DNA from: Akkermansiaceae bacterium
Lineage (GTDB): Bacteria; Verrucomicrobiota; Verrucomicrobiia; Verrucomicrobiales; Akkermansiaceae
Assembly (NCBI GenBank): GCA_051251915.1
Contig: JBPOGF010000012.1
Coordinates: 32,001 to 96,000, forward strand
Direction: 5' to 3'
Length of the DNA: 64,000 nucleotides
This document shows, in pieces, positions 9,609 through 21,249 of this stretch. The notes below the pieces were generated by a model that saw nothing but the letters and a program-made list of their open reading frames with translations, was not told the DNA's origin and searched no databases. The stretch's first letter is position 1. Every line of letters starts with the position of its first letter. Made by a program: the position numbers and the translations under genes.

Positions 9609-10466
9609 AAGGGGGTGAGTATATTACATTCCTTTAAATTATTAATATAATAAGTTAATTCCTATCACTTAATAAAAAAACATCAATATTTTTTTTAAAT
9701 AAAACCTCACCCGCGGACATTTAGCTAGGGAGAGGAGATGGTTTCTGAGTCCAATCAGTCAGACTTTACCCTCATCAGCTTAATAGAAAGTGACTGTTTA
9801 AGCCTTCTATATAATTTCAATAATTGATGAGCCATACCTCTTACTATGACTAGATTCCCCACAATATTTTCCATTCGGACTTATGAATGATCCTCAAGGC
9901 ACAAGGTCTCTAATACCCGATGGCATCAACTCTTTATGCTCCAGTGTTGACATAACAAGCCCCGGAACTATTCTGCTTTAACTTTTAAAGTACTTAGATT
10001 GTAGCATTTATGCGTATATTTTTAATGTACTCCAAGATACAACTTCCACAGGACTTCGAGTCCATGAGCGTAAATAGATCGATTAGAGTGTGTACGATAA
10101 GGATAACACCTCGTAGTTCAATCCTCTCTTTAAACCAATCCTTCTGAATCTGAGTAAATTCAATCATTCCAGAAAACAATTTCACTCCACAAAAATACAC
10201 TGACTAGTATGAAGAGGATTTCTCCTAAGTAATGCCACTAATTACCTACTGTCATCGAATCTTAAATGATGATGAATTTTTCAAAATCTGCGAACAAACC
10301 ACTGAGTAATCTAATTTATTTGGATTTCTAAGCATCCTAATAGTTATTAATACTCTAAAACCTTGGACCAACCTTATTTGTCAATGTTTTCCTTTACGTG
10401 ATGACCGTGTGTAATTATCCAAACATGAATCACCTCTTCTCCCTTCCACCTCGACTATAATCAGTA

Positions 10467-11486
10467 TCATAACAACAACTCGGGGTCCAGCTCCAACCCA
10501 TTCACCAAATGCTGCGCAAAATGCGCAGCCACACTCGGAGCGGTCGTCACCCCCTTACTCCCCAGCCCATTGAAAAAACTTACCTCTGGGTGATCAGGAT
10601 GATGCCCTATATACGGCTGACTCTTGCGCAATATAGGCCTAACTCCCGCCGTATGCTCCACCACCTCATAAGGCATATCAGTGAGATTCCGGATCTTCCC
10701 CTCTACCACAGCCCTACCCTCTTCAGTAGCGCTTCCCCCCATATCTGACCACTCATAAGTTGCTCCTACCTTAAAGCGCCCACCCCCCAAAGGAATCAAC
10801 CAACCATTCCGATTCACTATCTTCTCCTCACTAGCATCAGGCATACAAATCGTTAAAATTTCCCCCTTCGCAGACCGATGCTCCAAATAAGAAAACAACC
10901 CATCCTCACTCAACCCTCGCGCCCCCTGACAAAGCACAACCCTCTTCGCCTCGATATCTTTCCACCTAACAACGCCCCCACCAAACAAAAGATCAGCCTC
11001 TAAAAACGTATCACACCGATACCTCCCCCCTAAAATCTCCCGTATCACCTCCAGATACAACCTCGTATCCAACCACCCACCACCCTTCATCACAAACCCA
11101 CCATCATCCGCATTCCACTGCCCTAAATCCTCATCTACAGCATCTTCCACCCACCCTTCAAGCAACTCCTTCTTCCTCTCAAACTTAACCCGCTGTTTCT
11201 CACCATCAAACAACCGCAACGTATCCATCGGATGAAAAAGTTGCTTCCCTGATAGCGCCTCCAACCTTTGATAATACCCCAGTGCCTCCGGTAAATACTC
11301 ACCCTGCCGCCAGCTAAGATTCATCCCCATCCCTGCCACAGTCGTAATCAGCCCCGCCGCTACCTTACTAGCTGAATTTGCATCCTCACCATCCACCACC
11401 AAGACCGATGCTCCTACATCAATCAATGCCACAGCCAGCGCACTACCAGCCAAACCCTGGCCAATAATAAGAAAATCCACATTCAT
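10467..11486 (-). CDS. FAD-dependent oxidoreductase (DAO/glycine oxidase family)
   Basis: IIGQGLAG, SASKVAAG, KGEIL, AGVRP, NGLGSKG. Confidence 0.85.
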   Translation of the reverse strand: MNVDFLIIGQGLAGSALAVALIDVGASVLVVDGEDANSASKVAAGLITTVAGMGMNLSWRQGEYLPEALGYYQRLEALSGKQLFHPMDTLRLFDGEKQRVKFERKKELLEGWVEDAVDEDLGQWNADDGGFVMKGGGWLDTRLYLEVIREILGGRYRCDTFLEADLLFGGGVVRWKDIEAKRVVLCQGARGLSEDGLFSYLEHRSAKGEILTICMPDASEEKIVNRNGWLIPLGGGRFKVGATYEWSDMGGSATEEGRAVVEGKIRNLTDMPYEVVEHTAGVRPILRKSQPYIGHHPDHPEVSFFNGLGSKGVTTAPSVAAHFAQHLVNGLELDPELLL

Positions 11487-11497
11487 CTCGCAAGTTA

Positions 11498-12607
11498 CTA
11501 AACAGTCTCAGCAATATTCAACGCATCAATAAGCATCCTAAGTCTACCAAAATCCCTACGCTTATGCCTCAGCACAATCCTAGTCATATCCTTCAGATCC
11601 TCCTCATAAAATTCCTCTTCAAGAGCCCCAGTCTGCTCAATTTTTCCATCTTTCGAGATATCAGAAAAATCCATCTGTAGCTTCTCCACAGCACTTTCTG
11701 TTAGTGCCCGCTCAATCCTAAGAACAAGCTTGTCACCACAGTATCGATACGAATGAAAATTAGAATAAAATTGCACAATCTCATCAATAGCAACCTCGAT
11801 ATTATCCGTGATTTTAAACAACGCAAAATCAGTCTCTGAAATAAGATTCAAGCGCATCAAATGCTCAGACATAAATTGCATCCAGAACTTCCAATACTTA
11901 CCACCCTTTGCATCAATTAGCACAATCGGATACACAGTCGCCTTACCCGTCTGAATCAAAGTCAACGCCTCAAACAACTCATCCATCGTCCCCACCCCGC
12001 CAGGGAAAGCCACCGCGGCATCAGCCTCCTTCACAAACGAAAGCTTACGTGTGAAGAAAAAGTTAAAATCAATCAGCTTTTCATCATTATTGATAAAATC
12101 ATTAGCTGAAGTTTCAAAAGGTAAATTAATATTCAACCCAAAACTATTCTCTTTCCCCGCTCCCTCATTTCCCGCAGCCATGATCCCAGGACCCGCACCA
12201 GTGATCGTCATATACCCCTCTTCAGTAAGTCGCTTCGAAAATCTAACAGCGGTCTGATATTCTGCCTCATCAGGCTGTGTTCTAGCTGACCCAAACACCG
12301 CAACCTTCCGCTTACCACGATACGGCTCGAAAATCTCATTCGCATGCCGCATCTCCTTAAGCGCTCTATTCATCATCTTAAAGTCCCCATCAGAAGCAAT
12401 CCCCCGTGACAACCTCACAGCCGTAACCATCATCTCCGCCAACATACAGCCTCTATCACCAGAACTAAGTTCCTCTGCTAATGCACGGACCTTTTCATCC
12501 ACCTCCTTTTCCCCCGTTGTACCTATATAGGAGCACTGAGGCGAGAGAGACATTCCTCCTGTAAAATCTTTTTCGTGAGGAGCTGCATGGTGTTTTTCTG
12601 GTTTCAT
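11498..12607 (-). CDS. LOG family nucleotide phosphoribohydrolase (long form)
   Basis: VFGSAR, TGAGPGIM, FFFTRK, PGGVGTMDE. Confidence 0.88.
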   Translation of the reverse strand: MKPEKHHAAPHEKDFTGGMSLSPQCSYIGTTGEKEVDEKVRALAEELSSGDRGCMLAEMMVTAVRLSRGIASDGDFKMMNRALKEMRHANEIFEPYRGKRKVAVFGSARTQPDEAEYQTAVRFSKRLTEEGYMTITGAGPGIMAAGNEGAGKENSFGLNINLPFETSANDFINNDEKLIDFNFFFTRKLSFVKEADAAVAFPGGVGTMDELFEALTLIQTGKATVYPIVLIDAKGGKYWKFWMQFMSEHLMRLNLISETDFALFKITDNIEVAIDEIVQFYSNFHSYRYCGDKLVLRIERALTESAVEKLQMDFSDISKDGKIEQTGALEEEFYEEDLKDMTRIVLRHKRRDFGRLRMLIDALNIAETV

Positions 12608-12640
12608 GACACCTAAGCTAAACCATCTTCTAACATTCCG

Positions 12641-15600
12641 CTAGAGATTTATTGTCTTTCTGAAATGTGTCGAAAGGATCACAGCAAACACATTTTCTTC
12701 AGTTAAAGAATACGTTTGGCAGATCATCCGCTTATAACGGTTCAACTGCTCCCCATACCGCTCTACCAACTCAGCTGCCTCCTCAACCTTATCAGTTTTG
12801 AAATCCATAATCGCTGCATTCAACGCCCTCCCCCTCTCATCAAATTCCACCAACAAACGATCAATAACCCCACTCACCCACACACCATCTATTATAGATT
12901 CTATCGCCTGTTCACGGTAAACCCTCAAGCCCTCTCGCGACTCAAAAAACGGCAATACACTAGAATGCTCCACACACTCACGAACGATAGCACCCACTTG
13001 CTCATCCCCCACCCACGCCAATTCACCATCCCACCACTTAATACTCTCAAAACACTGATGCACCAAATCCCCATACTCTAAACCGCCTCTATCCATAAGC
13101 ATCTGTGAAAAGTTTCTCTTCTTACTACCGCCAGCCAACACACTAGCCTGCCTCGGATCAGCATCAGGCAGCTTGACTACCTCAGAAGCATCACCCTCCT
13201 CACACTCTCTAAGTGGTTTAGCCTCCAGCCAATCCCAACTCCCATGCTCAAACAATAACCTCCCAGAAAATTCACCCAAACTCTCATCCCTCTCCAAACA
13301 CCCGTCTAAAGATTCACGTATCCAGTCCGCTTCATTCCTCTTCCGCGAAGAAGGCTTATTCTTCTTCGCATCCAATAAACAGTAAGTCCCATGAACCGCC
13401 CGTGTCAGCATCACATACAGCACACAAAACTGCTCATAACACTGCTCCTCAGCCCAACATTCCATCTCCCCCCTCAGCACAGCATCAGCATTTCTTACAT
13501 CCTTCACCGGTGCCATCATCACATGCCTACCATCACTCCCCGCCTGGTCAGACTCTATCACCTTCACCCTACTCTCATCATCAAATGACGAATTCTCAAG
13601 ATCTGGCAAGATCACACTATCAAAGCCCAATCCCTTCGCCTTATGCACCGTCATTATCTGCACCACTCCCTTGCGTGTCACCTCGCGTTGCTTCCAAGAT
13701 TCCACCTCACTCAGCCAATCTGTTAGAACCCCACCTTTCACAGCAAAGTCCGCCGCAGCCTGCCTCAACTCAGTCATCCTCCCTATACTATACTCAGACA
13801 AATTCACCGCTTTAGCTAGCGCATCACACCACTCACCTAAAATCACATCCACCCCTCTAACTGAAATCTGTTGCGTCCAGTAATACCAGCGCCCCTGCAT
13901 ATTATCCACATCCTTCTCCCCACCAAATACTCCCCCAAAAGGACTCAACTGCACATGCCACCAGGCCAATGTATCCGTTGGATAACATAAAAAACGAAAC
14001 GCATCCACCAACACCGCCGTCACCGGATTCTCCTCACCCACTAACAGCTCATCCTCCACCGCTACTGGAGTATCAGAATGATGCTCACGCAAATACTCCG
14101 CAATCTCACGGCCACGAGCATTCTTACGCACCAAAATAGCACAGCTCAACCCTCGCCTAACAGGATCTAACTTCTTCACCAACTCACCTATCCATCCCAT
14201 CCGCACCTCATCCACACTTAGCTCATCCTGCTCGTCCATCTCACACACCCAGCCATGCCCAACCAGATCTGTTAGAGCCGCCTCGTGGTCTTGGAACTTC
14301 CACCTCTGCACCGCCTTCACAGGAAACAGCGCCATCCCTTTCGACTTAGGATTACAAACCTTATTCACCAACTCCAACACGCTCTTAGACGAACGCCATG
14401 ACTTATCCATCGGATACTCATGGAGCCGATCCGCATACCTCTCAGCCAATTCATCAAACAACTTCGGCTCACCACCACGCCAACCATAAATCCCCTGCTT
14501 AGTATCACCCACCACAAACAACGACCTCTCACCCTCAATATCATTCACCACCTCATCAATCAAATTCCTAATCACATCCCACTGCGGCCTACTCGTATCC
14601 TGAAACTCATCCAACATCCAGTGATCAAACTTCCCATCAAATCTAAACTCCACCAAATCCTTACTCACCTCATCCCACAGCCCCACACTCTCATGCCCAG
14701 ACAACAACAACGTAGCATCAGAAAACCCCAGTCTCCCCTGCCCCCTCACCTTCGCGCTATACCTCTCCTCATAAGCCTCTATCACCTCATACACACCCCG
14801 AGTCCTCTCTAACTTCGCAATAATTTCATCCGCCACCAATGTGCTCAACAAATCATAAAGAGCCTCAGCCAACTCACCATCCACCACCATCTCCTTCTTA
14901 TAATAAGTATCAACAAATGATCCCTCTTTCAGATCTGTTAGATGCTCAAGTAATGTCGGAAATTTCCCCGCCAACCCAATAGGAGTCCCAGCCTTCCCCT
15001 CCCTCTCCTGTAACCCTTCAGCCACAGTTACCAATGCTTTATTATACCGCTTATCAGCAAAAGTAATCCCTTCTAACAGATCTATCACACGCTGCGCCTT
15101 AACAGCATATCCCCCCCTCCCACTCCAGGGCAGACCATCCGGCCACAAAGCCTTCTCATTCCCCCAGCTATCCGAATCAGGACACTTCAGCCAGCGCTGC
15201 TGATAATGATCCACAAATTCCCTCAACCTCTCGTTCACCCGGATCGCCTCATCACCACCACTCGTCTGGCGAAATGCCTGCACAAACCCCTTCATCCTCT
15301 TACCTAGATTCCTACCCTCAGCTCCGCCGGATGAATTAAATATATCCGCAAACACCTTCATCTTCTCCGCCTCAAGCTCACTCCCCTGCACCAGATCAAA
15401 GCCAGACATACCCAACTCAAACGCAAAGTTGCGCAGCAGCTTCACAAAAAAACTATCCAGCGTCGAAAGCGCCAACCGATCAATGCTATCTACCAACTTC
15501 TTCAACAACCCGCGGAAAAAATCCACATTCATATCCGGCAGCACTATCGCCCCCTCTACCAACGCCGGCATTGACTCATCACCTAAAATAGCACGCTTAA

Positions 15601-15826
15601 TGTCCGCCCCTAGCTCGCCAGCTGCCACATCACTCTGTGCCCCTACAGCCAATCTTGTCAAAATCCTATCAGAGAACTCACCCGCCGCCTTCTTCGTAAA
15701 CGTAAGCGCTATTATCTTCTCCGGCACCACACCCAGCACCAGCAGAGCTAAATATCGGTTAGCCAGCTGCCATGTCTTACCACTTCCGGCAGACGCACGT
15801 ATCATTACACTCTCTATAGATGCCAC
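12641..15826 (-). CDS. AddA-like UvrD/SF1A helicase with C-terminal RecB-type nuclease
   Basis: ASAGSGKT, LDEFQDT, VGDTKQGIYGWRG, TVHKAKGLGF, YVMLTRA, nuclease SGVIDRL...DFKT...QLNRY; GTG start. Confidence 0.88.
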   Translation of the reverse strand: MASIESVMIRASAGSGKTWQLANRYLALLVLGVVPEKIIALTFTKKAAGEFSDRILTRLAVGAQSDVAAGELGADIKRAILGDESMPALVEGAIVLPDMNVDFFRGLLKKLVDSIDRLALSTLDSFFVKLLRNFAFELGMSGFDLVQGSELEAEKMKVFADIFNSSGGAEGRNLGKRMKGFVQAFRQTSGGDEAIRVNERLREFVDHYQQRWLKCPDSDSWGNEKALWPDGLPWSGRGGYAVKAQRVIDLLEGITFADKRYNKALVTVAEGLQEREGKAGTPIGLAGKFPTLLEHLTDLKEGSFVDTYYKKEMVVDGELAEALYDLLSTLVADEIIAKLERTRGVYEVIEAYEERYSAKVRGQGRLGFSDATLLLSGHESVGLWDEVSKDLVEFRFDGKFDHWMLDEFQDTSRPQWDVIRNLIDEVVNDIEGERSLFVVGDTKQGIYGWRGGEPKLFDELAERYADRLHEYPMDKSWRSSKSVLELVNKVCNPKSKGMALFPVKAVQRWKFQDHEAALTDLVGHGWVCEMDEQDELSVDEVRMGWIGELVKKLDPVRRGLSCAILVRKNARGREIAEYLREHHSDTPVAVEDELLVGEENPVTAVLVDAFRFLCYPTDTLAWWHVQLSPFGGVFGGEKDVDNMQGRWYYWTQQISVRGVDVILGEWCDALAKAVNLSEYSIGRMTELRQAAADFAVKGGVLTDWLSEVESWKQREVTRKGVVQIMTVHKAKGLGFDSVILPDLENSSFDDESRVKVIESDQAGSDGRHVMMAPVKDVRNADAVLRGEMECWAEEQCYEQFCVLYVMLTRAVHGTYCLLDAKKNKPSSRKRNEADWIRESLDGCLERDESLGEFSGRLLFEHGSWDWLEAKPLRECEEGDASEVVKLPDADPRQASVLAGGSKKRNFSQMLMDRGGLEYGDLVHQCFESIKWWDGELAWVGDEQVGAIVRECVEHSSVLPFFESREGLRVYREQAIESIIDGVWVSGVIDRLLVEFDERGRALNAAIMDFKTDKVEEAAELVERYGEQLNRYKRMICQTYSLTEENVFAVILSTHFRKTINL

Positions 15827-16097
15827 GCCTGTGATTCAACTCTGGAGCGACACATCTGACAATCATAAAAAAAAGTTTGCCAAGTCTCCCTATTTTGATA
15901 GAAATGTCTCTGTTGAACGACTCAGAGGTACTCTTTGCAACCTCTAACCTTGATTTACTCTTAATCAATTCGCCACAACTCACCATCTATATGACGCGTG
16001 AAATGTAGCCAGTTTATTTCTTAACAGAGCAAAATCCCAAACTACGTCCTCACATCATTTCACCGACTATACCCGACCATACCCATCCATCAATTTC

Positions 16098-17864
<1,767 letters not shown>

Positions 17865-17882
17865 AAAAACTTACCTCAAGAC

Positions 17883-19472
17883 CTACAGATCCTGCATCAC
17901 ATGCTTCGGCAGCACGCTAAGCCCTCCATATAAGTCTAGCTTCTCTCGTGCGCTTTCTATAAGTGTTTCATAGCCTTTCTTATCATCGTTAAGCAGGCTC
18001 ATGAGCGCATTACTATGCTCAAAGTAAATCTGTAGAGCACCAAAGCCACGAAAGAAATAATTCTTATCTACAAAAGTGTTAGAGTTCTCTAACCGTTGAC
18101 TATTCGTCTTACCCAGCGTCTCCCCCAGTCTCGCTTGTATCTTTATCGCATCATCCATCCGTCCATCACGGAGCAAGATTCGGATCGCAATGTATTCGTT
18201 CAGCCCTTGGTAGTAAAATGTCACTGCGGAATACTCCTCTACTGAAGTCTTATACTCCTTCGTAGGAAGCGCATCTCTCGCCCTCTCCAGATCTCCTTCA
18301 TCTCCACGTGCAAGATATAATCGCGTCGATAAGGTCTTAACCTCCCAGAGAAAAATACCGCGCATCTCACTCTTAAAGCTAACATTGACATCTGACCTAG
18401 CCATCTCATCTGCTAACTTGATCGCCTTATCAAACTCCCCCATATCATAGTAATTCACCACCTTAAAGATCCGCGCCTTCCACAAACCCGCATTAGCTTC
18501 ATCATGTATCTCGCTTTGCTTCCCCCATTCAGCAAATAACTTCTCAGCCTTACTAAATTCAGCATCCGCCTTATCAAACTGTCCCGCCTTACGCAAAAAA
18601 TATCCCTTCTTCAGAACAAACGTTGGTAAGTCAGGCGCCCACACCGTTAGCTTATTCACCACGGGTAAAACTTGAGACGCTATCACACCTTGATCTTTCT
18701 CATAGTCATGCAGAAGCATCCAATACACCCATAGCATCGGCGTGTATTTATAGCGTCGCATCAGCAGTGCTACATAATCTTTTTTCTCCTGCTGCTCCTC
18801 AGCCGTCACAGCCCCAGTGCGCAATCTCATCAAAACCTTCTTGCCTATCAGCGCCTGAAAATCCATCGGATATTCCTTCACTAACTTATCTAACACCTCC
18901 AGCTGTGCCACCTTATTACCTTCCAACCTAGATATCGCTAGCTCCGCATAAAGGCGCTCTTGCTGTCTGAAAACATATTCACCATCCTTCTTCGATTTAT
19001 AAAGAGTATCCACCCGCTCCATAAGATCAGTCTTCACCTCATGACTCGGATTGTGGTTCGTCGCACTAAGATAGAGCAGACCAGTATATGAAATTAAACA
19101 ATCAGGATCAAACTTCAACGCATGAACAAAACTCCTATGCGCCTCTATATCCCACCCACACTGCATCAGCCCAAAACCCTGCCTGGCATACTCGCGCGCC
19201 GTTTTATTGGTAGTCGTAACCTCTATCGGAACCTTTATCGCATCCTCCCAAGTCACAGGCCTAGCCAATCCCATCACACTATCGAAAAGAAAGTCTAATA
19301 GCTCATCACCCTGTCTCTCCAAGCCCAACATGGGATCGCCCTTCTTATCATCCACTATTGCAACAGCCTCTTGTGCATTCAGAGGCAAAACAGTACCAGC
19401 TAGGCACAATGATAGTATACAAACAGTAGCTCTGCTTGTTATACAAGTGGTTTTTGTAGGGAGCTTTCTCAT
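17883..19472 (-). CDS. Secreted TPR-like helical protein
   Basis: Signal peptide-like segment (ILSLCLAGTVLPLNA-QEA) and TPR-like helices; start at 19472 or 19502. Confidence 0.65.
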   Translation of the reverse strand: MRKLPTKTTCITSRATVCILSLCLAGTVLPLNAQEAVAIVDDKKGDPMLGLERQGDELLDFLFDSVMGLARPVTWEDAIKVPIEVTTTNKTAREYARQGFGLMQCGWDIEAHRSFVHALKFDPDCLISYTGLLYLSATNHNPSHEVKTDLMERVDTLYKSKKDGEYVFRQQERLYAELAISRLEGNKVAQLEVLDKLVKEYPMDFQALIGKKVLMRLRTGAVTAEEQQEKKDYVALLMRRYKYTPMLWVYWMLLHDYEKDQGVIASQVLPVVNKLTVWAPDLPTFVLKKGYFLRKAGQFDKADAEFSKAEKLFAEWGKQSEIHDEANAGLWKARIFKVVNYYDMGEFDKAIKLADEMARSDVNVSFKSEMRGIFLWEVKTLSTRLYLARGDEGDLERARDALPTKEYKTSVEEYSAVTFYYQGLNEYIAIRILLRDGRMDDAIKIQARLGETLGKTNSQRLENSNTFVDKNYFFRGFGALQIYFEHSNALMSLLNDDKKGYETLIESAREKLDLYGGLSVLPKHVMQDL

Positions 19473-19656
19473 CGTAAGACCAGTATTTAAGGTAATGTCC
19501 ATAATAGTCTAACCAGACCATTATCAAATCCTTATAGCACAGATTTGACTATATACAACCAGAATAGTTAAGAACGGTTAACCAACCCAGCATTCCACAA
19601 CATCGCTAGACTTTGCTAGTTGCATACTCACTCTGTAACTCTACCATCCCTCTGCA

Positions 19657-20310
19657 ATGAATGAACAATTATTTTTCAATGGCTTCATCTACCTCCTAGC
19701 CGCTGCCTTAGCCGCACCACTCGGTAGGCGTTTCGGAGTAGGAGCAGTCCTCGGTTACCTATTTATAGGAGCCATCGTCGGCCCCGCCTCCCTCGGCTGG
19801 GTTGGAGAAAATCAAGAAGAAGTAATGCACTTCGCTGAATTCGGCGTTGTCTTAATGCTGTTCGTCATCGGACTAGAGATCAATCTATCTAGACTCTGGA
19901 AAATGCGTGGCCCTATCCTCGGACTCGGAGGCCTTCAGGTTGGTCTCACCACCCTAGTCCTCGCCGCCGCAGCCTTATTATTAAACATAAATTGGCAAGA
20001 AGCCCTCGCCATGGGCATGATCCTATCCCTCTCATCCACCGCCATAGTCATGCAGACCCTGCGCGAACGCGGCATCATGGACACCAGTGCAGGTGAACAA
20101 AGTTTCGCTGTTTTGCTATTCCAAGCCCTAGGTCATCCAGAAGATCACGTCCATGACGCAAAGCACAGATTCCTAGCCCATGAAGTCGAAGCCATCAAAG
20201 CGGCTGCTCCACATTATCACGATGAAAAAACATACATCGGCATAGCCCAGCAGAACCTAAAAGACCTAGACAGCTTGCTCTTAAACGCCCCACTAAAAAG
20301 CAGAGACTAA
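19657..20310 (+). pseudogene. KefB/KefC-like K+ efflux (CPA2) gene with large in-frame internal deletion
   Basis: CPA2 N-terminus (GAVLGYL, HFAEFGVVLMLFVIGLE, LSSTAIV, FAVLLFQ) joined directly to a KefC-like C-terminal tail; only 217 aa. Confidence 0.7.
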
Positions 20311-20344
20311 AATTAAGAGCAACCAGATCTAACAATAAGAAAGC

Positions 20345-21145
20345 CTACTTACCGTCACTAGGCAACTCTTTGATACGGATATTACGATACAGAATCTCTG
20401 CCCACTCAGCCTGGAGACCTATACGTCCTTTACTCAGCGGCACATACTTGCCGTCTTTGTTTTTCTCCTCCATGTCAAACACCTCAAGCACCTCCTCACC
20501 ATTCAAAATAAACGTCGCCTTCTTAGAACCTTCAACACGGATTTCCATCTCATTCCACTCCCCCTTCGGCTTCTCAACACCAAGTTGTGTTGGACAACCT
20601 TTACCCGTCACAAGTTTACCATCTTTAGAATACGACCCGCCAATACGAGGAGTCTTCGCACGGAGATCTTTCCCCAAAACGAATAGATCACCAGAATGGA
20701 AACGGTTTCTCCCACTCTTGCTCACATCAGACTCACCTATCTGCATTTCCACAGACAACGGCCATACTTTCTTCAAGTTGCCATGCACATGAAACAACAA
20801 CCCCGCATCTCTATCCATCTTCTCACGTGGAGCAAAGCGTGGCCCTAACCACTTATACTCTACCTTCAGTATGAAATGACTAAACTCTGCTTCGGAATTG
20901 AGACAATCAGACTTCTGCTTAGAATCAGGCTTCTCACCTGCATAAGCATGGATCGCTTTCTCTTTCTCATTCACAGAAAAAGCGCCCCAGTTGTTCTCTC
21001 CAGTGCTCTTCGCAGCGGTCCACCCCTTCAGTGACTTACCATCAAAGAGAGGAACAAAACCTTCTGCGTCAGCCTTTTCATCGGCTGACAAACTAGAGAC
21101 GGCGAACGCAGATACTGCGAGTAGTAGATTCATGGTTTTTATCAT
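20345..21145 (-). CDS. Secreted DUF1080 / 3-keto-disaccharide hydrolase family protein
   Basis: Signal peptide, GFVPLFDGKSLKGW, GEWNEMEI, GRIGLQAE, YRNIRIKEL. Confidence 0.85.
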   Translation of the reverse strand: MIKTMNLLLAVSAFAVSSLSADEKADAEGFVPLFDGKSLKGWTAAKSTGENNWGAFSVNEKEKAIHAYAGEKPDSKQKSDCLNSEAEFSHFILKVEYKWLGPRFAPREKMDRDAGLLFHVHGNLKKVWPLSVEMQIGESDVSKSGRNRFHSGDLFVLGKDLRAKTPRIGGSYSKDGKLVTGKGCPTQLGVEKPKGEWNEMEIRVEGSKKATFILNGEEVLEVFDMEEKNKDGKYVPLSKGRIGLQAEWAEILYRNIRIKELPSDGK

Positions 21146-21249
21146 AGGAGATAAAAACTAGAGTGAATCACCACCCATGGAAAGAGGTAAATTCCCCTAT
21201 TTGCTAATTATCTATTGTCTAAGCCACTTGTAGAAGCGGCCCCTAAAAT

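Noticed and set aside
9860..10200. Possible decayed ISAs1-like transposase (fragments HTLIDL and VDAIGY*RPCALRIIHK on the minus strand)
   Set aside because: Very short by-eye resemblance, wrong motif spacing and no terminal inverted repeats seen; needs BLASTX against ISfinder.
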